Below, piece after piece: positions 34,351 through 48,145 of a stretch of 64,000 nucleotides of DNA. The stretch is from positions 992,001-1,056,000 of the forward strand of contig CP120453.1 in NCBI GenBank assembly GCA_034226945.1, written 5' to 3'. The notes under the pieces were generated by a model. That model saw nothing but the letters and a program-made list of their open reading frames with translations. It was not told the origin of the DNA and searched no databases. How positions within the stretch are numbered: the stretch's first letter is position 1; every line of letters begins with the position of its first letter. A program made the position numbers and the translations under genes. The stretch is from Picochlorum sp. SENEW3. Taxonomy: Eukaryota.

Positions 34351-36270
34351 TCACTCAATCGACATATGCTCAAGACTTTTGGAAAACTCAACATCTGTAG
34401 GCATTTTGGTCACTTCTCGAACGAGCATGGTGGCATATGTTGAAGATGGAAGGGAAAACCTCATGGACAGGGCCAGAAATTTGCTGCCCGTCTGCTCCTC
34501 TCGTATCTCATCAAACTCTGGAATGTCTTCGTCTATGCTGTCATATTTGTAAAATTTATGCTCAAGATCACCTGGAATATAGACAGCGTGTCTATACGTG
34601 CCTGGAAATTCACTAAATTGAAACTGCTTTACGCCATGCACCTTGCCAGATTCATCATTGACTGCTGCCATGTACTTTTCATACAGTGATCCTGTCAAGT
34701 TCTGTGGATATCTGACAGAGGACCCAGGGAGAGGCAGAACAAGATCCTGTATGCTATACTTTCCACTATCAATATCATCCTGCGCGACAACTATTGGTTC
34801 CATGCCATCAACTGATGGCGTTGCAACGTCTTGCTCTCGCTTTCTCTTCCTCTTCAATTCACCGATCTGGTCTCGTGGTAGAACCAAGTCACCCTCCACG
34901 AGTGTATCAATGCCATACAATTCAATTCTTTCAGATAAAACGCTGTTCCACACGTACGCTTGGAAAGCATGAATGTAGAGATTTCTTGAGGCCTTTGGTA
35001 AAGCTAACAATGCCTCTGGATAATTCTCTTCTGTATTCCCCTTCTTTTTCAAGACCTCCAAGACAGTCCTCTCTGCATGAAAAGACCGCGGAAGCCGCTT
35101 CAGAGCCTCATCTATATCACCGGTATTGATATAAGACATGAGCACCTCCCTAGCATCTGATCGGGTTTCAGAAGTAGGCCTCATGACACAGTCTAATGCT
35201 TCCTTCCATTTTCCTTGCAGAAGCAACTGGCCGGTATGGTGTGTCGGAGATTCTCCCGTACCAAACCTCTGCAGACCGAAATAATTTATAAAGCCATTCG
35301 CTTTTGTACAGAGCACAGCTTTGCTAACGTGATCCTCAGTGGAGGAAATCCCTCTCAAAACAATCTCAAAAACATTTCCAGACAAATCACCAAGGCCCAA
35401 AGTCTGCGCACAGTATTCAAAATTTCCAAACTCTAGTTGAGGAGACAGCGCCTTGGTTACATTGACTAATCGATCCGGATGGACTTGATATGCCGTGATC
35501 CATTGTGATGTAATTGCCCGCTTGTCTTTTGACCCAGCCACAGACAACACTTTTGGTGAAATATACAGCATTCTAGATATCCTGTTCAATGCCGTCGCAC
35601 AATCCATATTTATTTTCTTCATCACGCATTTGACATATTTGTACTGCTTGCCTCCCGGCCACGGTTCCCGTGCTCGCCGAATTGGCTTGCCTGGATTGCC
35701 CTTGGCTTTGTTTGATCTCTTTCTCATGACGGTAATGGTGTGCTGATCGGGATTACTATCATCGTTTGCAGTCGTGTCGTATTTTGGATGATTTGCATGA
35801 GTCTCTATCGACGGAAGAAAGGTACAATTCCGAAACATGGTGTGGAATTTCCGCCGCTTGTCCTTGTCATCTGTAACCTTCAACACAACAGGCTGACATT
35901 CCTTTCTTGGATTCTCAACGAGCTGCTCCAAGAAATTCTGTAGATCCTTTCCACAAGATTCGTATTCCGGAAACATACTCTTGTATTCCTCAACAATGGC
36001 ATCGACGCTGTTGTACGTTTTGTTGTCGTCCTCGTGATATTGCCCTTTCGGAAGGTCCTGGTTCGTCAGAACAGCTGCCACACCGTTCAAATCCAATTCA
36101 GTCACACGAAAGTCAGAGAACCTGTGGGATGCAATTAAAATAATAAGTGATGTATATAAGCCATTAAATACGTGTAAAAATCATCATCAGTACCTTCTGC
36201 GCAGAATTCCTGTGAATGCATGTGTTGAGGTTTTGTAATGACAAATGCCGACACTCTTTTCGGATTGCAT
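34351..36270 (-). CDS. PUS7: TruD-family pseudouridine synthase PUS7 (intron 36122..36193)
   Basis: FTGILRRR|FSDFRV, AGSKDKRAITSQ, GDLSGNVF, GFINYFGLQRFG, LPSSTYATM. Confidence 0.92.
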
Positions 36271-36598
36271 GTTTATGGCAGATTTACAGAAGAGAATATC
36301 AAAATAATCCAAGACATGATATCCTCAAGACATAGAATAATGATAATTGGTTACTACAGAAGAACCTCTCCTTGAAAGTGCCAATTGATCACTGCAAGAC
36401 TGAGCCAGCACATTCGGGAGATTTATTTTTCTCAGAAATAGAGTTCGCCGGAGATTGAACATCATCTCGATTGAAGTAATCGTGGTTTCATGTGCTGTCC
36501 ACGTGATCTCAGAAGTATGTACTGGGAGATCTTTGAATCTCCATCTCTGGATACCATTGATGACTGGGCCAGTCCTCAATGGTTCAAAGATGCTACCA

Positions 36599-38364
36599 TT
36601 AGTATGGATTGATGTACTCCTCTTCGCTGGAGCAAACCTTGTTTCCAGGCTCATTAAACGCTCCTACATAGCAATTGTATCCAGTCCATTGACCCAGACC
36701 ACTAACAGTACCCGAAGCTGTTGTGCCACTGGAAGGACGGGAGATGACATCCGAACTGAATGAGATTGTGGAGTCATCAACACACTTGTCACCTGTTGGC
36801 GTTTCATCAGACTTGTGGCAAAAGATTTTGTATGTCTCTTGCGGGTATCCTTCAGGGTCCGAGATGGTGAATCCAATTGTGACTGACGTAGGCGCTCTGA
36901 CGAAATTTGCTATTTCTGGCACTCCAGGCACTATGGCTTCCTTGCACACATCTCCACTGTCGCAAAGAATCGAATTCTTGGAGGAGCATACCCGGCTCAT
37001 ACCATTAGCATACTGATTCACTGCACTATAATAGCAGTCATAGTACACGTCTGATGCTCCACTCGATGGAAATGTATACGCAATTGACGTTGATGGGTCA
37101 GTCACCTCTGCAGGGCTAGGAGCAGTGGAACCAATCCTCTGGGTTCCATCACATCCTGCTGCATCACCATAGTCGACGCAAATCACAGAGTATAATCCTG
37201 CTGGGACTCCATCATCCGACTGTACAGCAGTAAAGGATACCGATAGATCGTCAGCTCCAGCGCTTACTGACAGCCCTGTAGGTGCTGTTGGGGCTTCTGG
37301 TACAAATCGTAGCCTTGCAGAGCACACGCCATCGGAAACCGTTGGCAGAAAGCTGTTCATAGATATGACATAGCAATCATAACCATCTGAGGGCGTTGCT
37401 GTGATAGGAAGGGTGCTCTGAGCATTATTTAGAGACGCCGTGATGGATGTCGCACCAGAGCCACCGCATGTTGCAAGATTGCTGCAGTCCAGTGTCACAG
37501 AGTTTTTGATGTCCGAAGCTGATGCTGGCCTGCACCCACTGTCCTTGGTGTTACACCGTATATTATAGGACATGTTTGTTTCAACGTCCCCTAGAGTCGA
37601 GGGAGGTGTGAAAACAAGGTCAATCCTGTCGAGATTTGCGTATTGAGAAATAGCTGATGCAGGCCAAGTGACCTGTGTCATGGGTGGTGGCGGTGGAGGT
37701 GATGGAGGTGATGGTGGTGGCGGACTGCGTCTGCTGACAACCCCTTGTGCCCAATCATCGAGACTACTCATATCTTCGCATATGAGCTTTCCGGACCAAA
37801 AGTTACTGCTGCGAGTAAGTTTCAGAGATTCTTTGGCGGATAGCAGAGTACATACACCTGTGATTCGATTGAACATGAATGCCTCACACTTTCTATCTGC
37901 AACAAGAATTCCAGATGTCATCGGACAATGGTCAGATACCGAGCAGTCTGTATCCAGAGCTTGACTTTCATCATCTGTCAGCCTCCAATTCAGCAGACAG
38001 GCATCCGCACACCCAGCGAGACTGCTGTGCCCGGGTCTGTTCAGCTTGTACACGGCAATAATGTCTCCATCTCTATACATACTGCAAGGTACCGATGATG
38101 TCGAGTGGCTCCCATGATATACTATACTACCATATTGTTCTTCAAATAAATTATTAATACCTACCTCTTCCTCTGATTGAATTTGACAACTTGTCTTCGA
38201 AGGGTTCTGAGAGTTGCTTCGTCAGGGACTGTGCTCGCAAAACACATACCACCGAGTGTTGCATCCCGTTCTATTCGTGCAACTGATTTTACAGGTGTAT
38301 TGGCAAATGATCCGACTATGAGCTGTGCTAAGGCTGTGAAAAGTACAAGAAGACATAGAGCCAT
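36599..38364 (-). CDS. Secreted protein: signal peptide, PAN/apple domain, SPn linker, three Cys-containing FN3-like repeats (intron 38082..38164)
   Basis: MALCLLVLFTALAQ signal peptide; CADAC...CEAFMFN...CTL PAN pattern; three repeats ending Y[D/N]CY...N...CS. Confidence 0.65.
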
Positions 38365-38552
38365 CGTCCTATTCAAGCAGGAGAACGCTGTCCTGTAGTA
38401 ATGGCTTCAGTCGACTCAAAACATGTACATGTTGCATCAATGCATCCTTTGATAAAATCTATTTAATACATAAGAATCAGAAATTGAAAATTTTCTCCCC
38501 CACACCTCCTATTACTGCTGGTAGACAGCGCACTGCTGTGTATTACAAGTAG

Positions 38553-38580
38553 TACGTTACAGTGCTCGGACTGTAACGTA
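38553..38580. repeat. Perfect 11-bp inverted repeat (hairpin)
   Basis: TACGTTACAGT-gctcgg-ACTGTAACGTA. Confidence 0.9.
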
Positions 38581-38880
38581 ATGCGCGTACCACTCGATGG
38601 TGAGCAAGGCGCCGGCGCCTCTGTAGGAAAGGCGCGATTTGAGCCACTTTTTTACAAATCCTTTGTTTTCTTTCATACAAAAAAGACGAAATTATTCGTC
38701 TTCGAATGAAAACAATACCAATATCACCGCTGGCACGCTGCCTGCTGTCCAGACACATCAGATCTTGGGACAGACTGAGATTACAGGTCCACGGGCATGA
38801 ACATGATATCAGGTATCAAAGGGTTACATTTATTTCTCAACGTGTCATATGATCACTCATGGGATTTCAAATAGTCGGTC

Positions 38881-41800
38881 TTATTTTTTCAGCCTCTCCT
38901 TCAACTTTTCCAGGAGGATTGGGTTCTTGGCTAACAGGTCTTCAACCTTGCTACGATCTTTGAGCAACTCCTGCAACTCTTCAGCACCAAGGTTCAAAAT
39001 GTTTGCAGTGGGGGCATCAGGAGGGGTTTCTTCTGTTTTCAAAGTCGAGGTATTTCCCTCAGGCTCAGCATCTTCATCTTTAATGGCGTTTTCCTCTGAC
39101 TTCCTGCCATTGTCTTCATCAGCCTGTTCCTCTTCCTCTTCATCAGATGATGACTCTGCAAAATCAATCTTGACCTGCTCATCCTGGGGATCAATCCTTT
39201 CTTCTGCTTCCTCCTCCTTCATCTCTGCCAATTCATGTTTCAAAGATGTGTCCTCTTCTGCAGCAACTGCAGGGTATAGATCAGCATACAAATCAACGTC
39301 TGCTTCCTCCTCCGCATCCTCATCTTCTCTTTGATCTATCTGGGCTGTCAAAATATTATCAAAAGCCTCTAGCTCCACTCGTGTTGCTTGTTGTAATGCT
39401 TGGTCTTCTTCCACATGTTCCTTGCTTGGGGACTTGGCAGTGGCCTCTTCTTCCTTGTGAGGAGGTGATATGTCAGCAGCAGCTTCTCCTTGATGCTCTG
39501 CAGGAGATGGCTCTATCGCCAAGTCTGGATATTCTTGCTGCGGGATCATATTTTCATTAAGGGACCGCATAGGGTGAGTAAACCAAGGGTGCAAAATATC
39601 AGCAACGCAAAATCTATTGAGCTCTTGGCCAATATCCCATCCAATATACTTTGATAACTTTGATCGCATTGTGACTGGTGCTTTTGACTGAGGTCTCGTA
39701 AAGCGATTCTTCCAGAATATTCCTAGAGATTTTGAATCATGTAGCATCTGGTAGAAACTCGCAGCACTGAGGAAAGATGGTGCCTCACCAGCGCTACCGC
39801 GAGCACTTGCCTCTTTTGCTACAGCAGCAAATCTCGATGGGGCACTCTTGGGGTTCTCTAACGGTTTCGCATCCATATCGGCATGAAAATTGATGCAAGC
39901 CTTCTTCAAGATATTTTCAAGACAATTGAATACTAAAATGACGTTTTCGTCCGGTACTTGGGCCTGGACAACCTGGTATTGCTGAATCAACCACTGTGAA
40001 CCTGTCATGATTTGCTGCATTGTTGGATGTAAAATTTTCTCTTTCTCAGATTTGGTGCACAAAGCAATCACACCATGTAAAATATTTTCTCTTCCTACCC
40101 TATTTTGGGACATCATGTGAAGCAGATTTAGAGCTATCGGAATATTTTCTCCAAGGGCAGCAATATGGTCTAGTATAGTGCAGGATATTAGAGCACCTGC
40201 ATGCCTCTGCAAAACATCACCATTTGAATTCTCGGGCAAGTTGAATACATCAAGCGATATTGATTGATCACTTAATATAGTAAGAGACTCAAGTGCCATG
40301 GTGAGCACAGAGGTGGCCTCTGTCATATCAAAATTTGGATCTTCTTGAATGCTCTGGTGAAGAATACTTTCTGCAAACATGTGAGTTTGTCAGTCCATGG
40401 GAACCATGTTGCCTCCATATCCCATAGTTACGTACCTACTAAATTTGATAGATTCACAGGAATCGATGAATCTAGTGCTGCCGCTTTCAACGCAGGCTGA
40501 TAAAGAATGGGAACTAAAAGTTCAAGCGTTCGTCGCATGTCATGCAGGTAGCTGGATGACTTCATCGCATCATTCAGTTGAGACGACAACACGCCAATCA
40601 GAAAAGCCCCCATACCACCACCTAATCCAGATCCTTTGGATATGAAACGGACAGCAGCTGCTCGCACTAGAATCAGCTCAGATGACATGCAACAAGACAC
40701 ATAATGTTCAAAAGGCAAGATGCAGCTTTCTATTTCCTCTGTAAGTGCAGCCCTATATTTCTTCTCTGCTATAGACAAATGATTATGATATCCTTTTCTA
40801 GGCCATTCAGATGGAAAAATATCCCCTAAAAGAAGAGATAGGCTGAGCAATGACACCGGAGAGAAGGCAACTGTGCAACCGCTTTCTGTTGGTGAGGCTA
40901 CAGCTCCACTCACAGCCGTTGGAATCACGAGTGGTTTCATGTAAGGGCACGATACCCATAATCGTAGAGATTTGGCTAAACTCCATCTTATTCTTCGCAG
41001 CGAATAGCTTGAGTTTGTCTCAAACTGATGAGCAAGACCTACAATGGTCTGAGAATCAATTGACACTGCAGCATGGGCACGGAGCAATGCATTTAGCATG
41101 GAAGGACTGCTCAAACGAATGTACCTTGAGACATTTTTTATGTAATGAAATATACACGATGTAGCACTAAGGAGCATTTGTTCGATTGTCTTTCGATTTC
41201 TGGTGATTGAACAGATGTCGATTGCTGCTCCAGTTCTGTGCAGCCACATCCTATCGGCAACCGACGCAGAGAAAACCTCTGTGGCACAGACCAAACATCT
41301 CAATAGTATTTCAGTCCCTCTCTTCCTCTGAAAACCCATTGATGCTTCCTCCGAAGCTCCTAGGTACAAATTCAGTGCTCGCAAGGTTGAAGCTAACTGT
41401 CCTAGCCTCTCTGGCTCATCAAGAAGCAGGCGAATCTCATCCCAACTCATCGAGGCACTGACAGAACAGTCGAAAAAAGCAGCATCCAACACGTCAAAGT
41501 ATTCTGATTGATCCATAAGGGTTTCGGAATGATCTTTTATATCAATGCGTGGAAGTTGCGATTCCAACAAATCAATCAGCTCAGGGAAGCCACCCGTTGA
41601 AATTCTCGACGATACAAAGAGACCCCCAAGAATTCTCTGAACCTTTAGAATATCATCTGGTGATCTAGGAAGCAATTCTGATTTCAACACCGCACTGATC
41701 CCGCTGTAAATTTCTTCGGCCTTTGTCACCCACCATGACAGATTTCTGACAGAGTGGAATGCAACCAAATTCGACAGAACTTCAAGTGAAACCCCGAAAG

Positions 41801-43991
41801 AGTTGACCACAGCACTCGAAGTTTCGACGCTGAAGGCATCATCACTTAATATACCTAGATAATCCTTAATGCCCTGATTGCATTTGGCGAGTAATGCATC
41901 ACCAACCTGACTGAGCAAGGGGGATTGTGGGTAATCCTGCAAGACAGCCAACATAGGAACTCTAAGTGTCCCCCATTCCTCATCTCTCAACCTTATTAAG
42001 GTAGATGAAGCTTTCAAATGGCCACAAAAATCTCTAACAAACGTTTTGTATGGTATTCTATCGACATTTGAGACCGAAGCAAGCAGTTCATTCTGCAAGC
42101 AGATCTTCAAATATTCCACAGAAATTAAAGTCAGGTCGATATCCTCCATGATACTGCAACCAAAGCGAACACAAATGCTGCAAAACATTCCAACACAGGC
42201 ACTAGAGAAGTCTTGCAAATCATCTTTGCGGAACTTTACTGTCAACTTGCTGAGCACATCAGCCAATTCAGATGGAATCCTGAGTGATTCAAGATATGAG
42301 ACAAACAACTCTTGCACCACAGCACCATTGATATCTTCTGAGGAAGAAAATCTTTTGACATCACACTGCAACTTCTGAACAACAATCTGAGATTTCTGAT
42401 CTGACAAATCATTGAACAGACTTCTCAAAGAATCCAAAACCTCCATGAATTCAGATTCCCGAGTTGAATCTCTGGCAACCAGGCCTTTCAAATCTTTCAA
42501 AAGATCTGAAATTTTTCTACAAACACCATAGCATGCAACAAGTTGTCCTATAGCAGACTCTAAACCCGTGATTGGAAAAGGCTTGAATCGTTTACTATGG
42601 TCTAGAATACACTGTAGCAATGTCTTCTCTGACTGTGACTGTGCATCCCAAAAATCAGATCTAAGATTAACATAAGAACGATCTGCATCAATTCGTTTCA
42701 TCATATCTTTAAGATCGTTCGATTTGCTACCAGTGGCTTTCGATCCATCAGGCATCTTGACTCGTTTACTAACATGTTGCTTTTTATCATCATTTCTCCT
42801 TCGCTTCCCAGCAGTTGACTTTCCAACAGCTGCACCATCGTCTTGAATACCATTTATTGGAAGAATTATATCTCTAGACTGCATACAATCAGTTTCAGAT
42901 ATCACACGGCAAGCAGAGACCCCTCCTTGTTTGAGCAAGATCCATGTGAGAGAGACAACCTTGTTGTAAAATGACCCCGGCAATCCTCGCAATCCCAAAA
43001 TTGCCCTCAAGAGTGCCCATCCATCGTGTGATACAAAATCAGAGGCGGACTGCTGCCGCTGCAAAGCAAGCGCAATCACATCAAGTCCATTGCTTCCCAG
43101 TTCAATCAATGCCTTCTCACAAACTCTTCCATCCCAAAATACAGCTAAAAATGTAGAAACCCAGCCCACAGCCATATTTATGGCACTATTACAGACGTTT
43201 CCATTATCCTGCTGGTTCGAAAGCTGAGCACTGCCATCATATATTATACTAGCCATTGACACAAGCTTCTCCATGTCCTCTGCCATCGCCTTCTCTGATC
43301 GATCATCAGTATCATCCGAAAAAGATTTCAACAACTGTAAAGATTCTTCAGATAGATAATCGCCAGAGATATACCGCCTCTGCCGTGGACAGGATTCACA
43401 CACATGTGTCAGGCATCCAACTGGGTCATCAAGTATATCAATCTCATTGTCTCCTTCATCCGGCCTTCCACGCTTCATCGCAGCAAGAGAATCAAGTTTA
43501 AACCCATATATTGTTACAGGAGTAGTCTGGTAGTTTCCACGGAGCACAATATGATTCGTTAAAGCACCACGCAGGGATACCATGACAGTGCCTGACCGAG
43601 GCTGCTTTAAACCTTCATAAAGACACACAAATCTGCTCGAGCCTTGCCGCAAATCCTTCGCAAATACATTAATAACCGCTTCTTCAGAATTCTCCTGTGT
43701 CGTAGGAATAGCACCAATCTGAAGCTGTGATATTTGGCACGCTTCCTTGAAACAAATCTGCAACATTCACACAAACAACCATGAAATCGCATCCTGTGCT
43801 TCCCATAACAAACTCAATCGATCACAGACCTCATCTGAAACATCTCCAAATCGTTCATGAATAAAAATCTGCTCAAAAAGTTTGTCACCAATGCCGAGAA
43901 CATCCAATTGTGTGGGCCCTGCAATAAACTCGCCTGCAATCGGTCCATCCTCCTGCTCCTCCCCTTTCCTACTACTCTTTGGTTTCACCAT
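38881..43991 (-). CDS. VIR: Virilizer (VIR/VIRMA)-like m6A writer scaffold (introns 43758..43829, 40371..40435)
   Basis: N-terminal LFEQIFIH...DE|ICF...TNHIVLRGNY..PVTIYG matches the VIR_N pattern; three ORFs join in frame through canonical introns; long helical body. Confidence 0.72.
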
Positions 43992-44406
43992 TTTAGTATG
44001 GATAGTTATCTGCTCTCATCAAGAATCCTTGTATTTTTTCAAGGAGAAGTTCCTAATTTTATAACATTTGATATCATGGTACCATGGTGGTTGTCCATAG
44101 GTTTATCCTTCCTTTCGGGAATGGTAATGTCATTAATTGTACGTTTGAATACGTTGTGGTATAGAACAAGGGCTACAGTGCCGAATTAATTGGATACCAC
44201 CCTGCGGAAAGTCAACAGTACTTTTTAGAATTCAATTTCTGACGTATTTGGATTCCCAAGGATTCTTGGTATGCAAGCATAAAGCTATTTTATGTGCATT
44301 TGAATGTCCCATTCCAATGGGATTTATATAGCGCACGTGGTGTACTTGCTTTGGGAATACAGGTAGTTGGAAGGTCTGTGTGTGGAAACAGCACAGGGGT
44401 GCCACT

Positions 44407-47400
44407 ATGAGGACGTTTGGAGGGGAGTTTTCTAGAAAACAAAGAGTATCTCTGGCTGGAACAAGCAAGTCGGTGGAGAGCCGAGAAGAGATATTGGAAC
44501 GCAGTCGACTCGAAAGGGAGAAGAGAAGGAAGAGGAAGATTGAGAATGAAAAGGCCACTGTGATTCAAGCAGCGTGGAGGTCATACGTATCGAGGAGGAA
44601 GACGCGTCGCAAACTGAGAGCAGAATGGGTGGCACGGTTTGGAGAAAAGGGGGTATTGGTTGAGGAATCAAATGTACTGACGAAAGAATGTATAGGATGT
44701 CTGATTGCATTTGCGGATCCAGAAGACCTTGGGGATGTCGAGCGATTGGCTCGGGTCTGTGATCTGTGTTGTAGTATTAGATTGTTGAATACAGAGGGCA
44801 GAGCAATAGATCAGCGAATACTGTGGGCGAGAGAATTGTGTCAGTTGGGTCTCAGATCTTTGGCCTTGCATACAGGGACTTTTGGTACATATTTACAGCA
44901 GCCTTTTTCAAGCGATAGAAGCGTTTACGGCTTTAGAGATCATTCTGAGCGTGTTGCGCATAGTCTGGTCATGTTCCTTATGATGATATTCTCGAAGAGG
45001 TCTTGGCAAGGTTGTACTATGATGGATCATATCTTTGGTGTTTCTCTTCTGAGACCTGATCTGCGCACGCAGGCTGGCAAGGAACTGGTCAACTACCTAT
45101 TTGAGGATGTTTCTGAGATTATTCGGGAAATTTGTCAGCCAATGCACATGGAGGGGCAGCATCAGAATGGCAGAGTGGTGCCCTGTGCAGAGACACTTGT
45201 AACCATGTGCTTGGTATTTTACTTCTCTGCTCAACGTATGTTGCTTTCGTTGTTTGTATTATGCAAGCATAGATGATTGAAGTTAATGTTTATGGTGTTT
45301 GGTGCAGATGATATCGTAAATGGTCGGATTTTCCCCCTCATGTCTGTTGACAAGGTCTTTCACACATGTCCTTCCCTGTTGCCATTGCGCACAAAGCTTT
45401 GGTGTGAGGCTATTGCGTACATTGATACTTTGAATTGCAATAGCGATAATCTGAAATCGTATATAAAGCCAAAAGAATCCATGGAATATCTGCTAACGAA
45501 TTTGCTAGAGTGTTTGGAGGTTGTACCAAACAGCCAGAAGAGCCACGACACATTGAAACCGAATGTGTCAAATAGATCTCTCGTGGTGTTCATGGCTATG
45601 GTTGAGTCGATTTTGAAGGATGAAGCATATTGGAACATTTCGGCAGAGAGCTTTGTCCATCCCTTGGCAGAGGCTGATACTGTGATTGTTTTGATGAATT
45701 CTCTGCAAAGTTTGGATGACTTGGATCTAACAGGGTCGTCAAAGATTAGAGACGCGTCCCAGGAGAAGAGCGACTTCGTGTCCATTGTTTGCTCCTTTAT
45801 CACAAGATTGTTGTCATATAGTAATGATCCAGTCGTCCAAACCAAACTCATCCTCACGCTGGCAATCAAGGTCAACATGGCAGGACTGTTGTGGCAGTCT
45901 TACCTACGAGACAATGCAGGCGCAATCATTTCGGATGGTTTGAACGGAAAATGGATGATCATCATGTCTCTCTTTTGTGAGACTTTTGCAACCGCCTTGC
46001 ATGTCTTTGGCGACGAGGGTTTGTATGTCAGGGGCTTCCCTCTGCCACTTGAAACTGTATATGACAACAGCAGTCCAAAGGAGGGTGTTTTACATCTACT
46101 GAAAGAATGCTTGTGGAAAATTGTGTGGAAAGAGAAACGAGCTCACCGTGGTTCAAGCACCGCAGAACAGCGTACGAAATTGTTAAAGTCTGGGGGCAAA
46201 TTGCTGACATTACTGCACGATCGAAATGGCAGGAGGCGGTTCGCACCTCAGGAAGCATTCTATAGTGATCACATACCAAAAGAGAGTTTCTATTCTGCAG
46301 CAGTAGCATCTATAGAGCGACATGAGATTGAGAAAATGCACCAAGCAATTTCATCTGGGGATGTTGCTTCAGACTCTGAGGATGAACCCCAAAGCAGCAG
46401 CAAGGTGGTTGACATACTTCAGTATGCGTACCCATTGATTCCATTTCTAGAGAGAGTAAAGATATTTCAGAGTATTGTTCAAGCCGAGAGAAGAAACGTC
46501 GGACCGGATGACTCAAATTTCGGACCAAGTTTGTTTTTCAACCATGGAATGTCACAGGAGAGATTCTTAACAGTGCATCGTGGTCATGTATTGGAAGATG
46601 CGTACCACGCCATGGGGCCGCATAAGAGCAATGTTGACGTCCGAAAAAGGGTTCGAATAGCGTTTATTAACGAATTCGGAGAGCAGGAAGCTGGTATTGA
46701 TGGGGGTGGTGTATTCAAAGAGTTTTTAGAGTCTGTCATCAAGGAATCAACCTCCCTAGATGTTGGACTATTCAAATCTACCATGGACAATAAACTGTAC
46801 CCCTCTCCTATGGAATCTTCAAGTACTACAGATCATTTGAAGAAGATAGAATTCGTAGGCCTCATGGTGGGAAAGGCCGTGTGGGAAGGTATCCTTTTGG
46901 AACTGCCATTGGCTCCATTTTTCCTTAAAAAGTTTCGTGGAGCCCAACCTGATGTCGATGATTTACCATCCCTGGATCCCGAAATGGCAAAAAATCTCCA
47001 ATACCTAATTGAAAATCCCACCAGCATATCGGAGCTTGGTTTGACCTTTTCAATCACGGAAACCATCCAGGGCACGCCCAGAGATATTGAGCTTGTGCCT
47101 GGTGGCTCCTCCATTGCTGTCACCACCGCCAACGTGGCCCACTTTCTCCACCGCGTAGCCAATTTTAAGCTAAATGAGCAAATCAAGGCCCCTTGTGATT
47201 ACTTTCTTAGAGGATTTCATGCAATTATACCAAAAGAGTGGGTGGCATCATTCAACGACAGTGAATTGCAGATGCTGATTGGTGGAGTCGAGGGTGATAT
47301 GAAGCTTGATCTCACAGATCTGGAAAACAATGTAGTCTACTCGGGTGGATATAGCCATGAGCACCCTGTCATTAAAAACTTTTGGAGAGCACTTCACTCC

Positions 47401-47658
47401 ATGTCAAAGTCGCAGCTCTCAGATTTTCTGAGATTTGTTACTTCATGTCCGAGACCACCAATCTTGGGATTTTCTAGCCTGGAGCCACCTTTGACAATCC
47501 AAATGGTGGCTCATGAAGACACAAATACCGCTGAAAGGCTTCCCACTGCAGCAACATGCATAAATCTCTTGAAATTGCCTCCCTATGATAGCGCTGATGT
47601 TCTTTTGACCAAGTTATTATACGCCATTGAATCGCATGCTGGCTTTGACCTCAGTTGA
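44407..47658 (+). CDS. UPL6: HECT E3 ubiquitin ligase, UPL6/UBE3C type, with IQ motif (intron 45236..45307)
   Basis: RVSLAG..., IQAAWRS IQ motif, EAGIDGGGVFKEF, RLPTAATCINLLKLP (catalytic Cys), GFDLS. Confidence 0.9.
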
Positions 47659-47844
47659 GTGCTGCTGCTGACAACAGCCTCAGCAAATCCATGTACTATA
47701 TACGATATATATTTCGTTCGAGTAGGATATTGTAATAATAACGACCAGATTCCCGTTACAAACATGGTTGGTTCGTAGGTTGTCATATTACTTGAGTTGA
47801 GCTTTACACGAGGTCAAACATCGGCCTGCATTCGGATCCAGCTG

Positions 47845-47869
47845 GACGCCTGCATGCAGGCGTCACGTG
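47845..47869. promoter_or_regulatory. 20-bp perfect palindrome plus adjacent G-box upstream of LCIB
   Basis: GACGCCTGCATGCAGGCGTC (47845..47864) overlapping CACGTG (47864..47869). Regulatory function is inferred. Confidence 0.5.
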
Positions 47870-48145
47870 CCTCCACCAAGGTCCCATGACCATCACGATG
47901 GCCAACCCTGACACACACACATGCAAAACATGGCTCAAAGACCGCCATATCCCACACTTTACTATTTATAATGTATGTGTGAAGTATACTCGGCTACATT
48001 GACACGATCAGAGAGTTTTCAAACGTTTCAGTGCAACCTACTACAGTTCTGCAAGGTAGTCCTAAACCGAATTTAATCAAGCGCATTGGTGGATAGGGGC
48101 GCATTAATATATATAAAATTGATTTCAAAGGCTAATCTGACAGAT

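Noticed and set aside
43758..43829. Apparent stop read-through or frameshift between abutting ORFs (43767/43766; likewise 45276/45277)
   Set aside because: Explained by canonical GT-AG introns that restore the frame. No recoding or pseudogene is needed.
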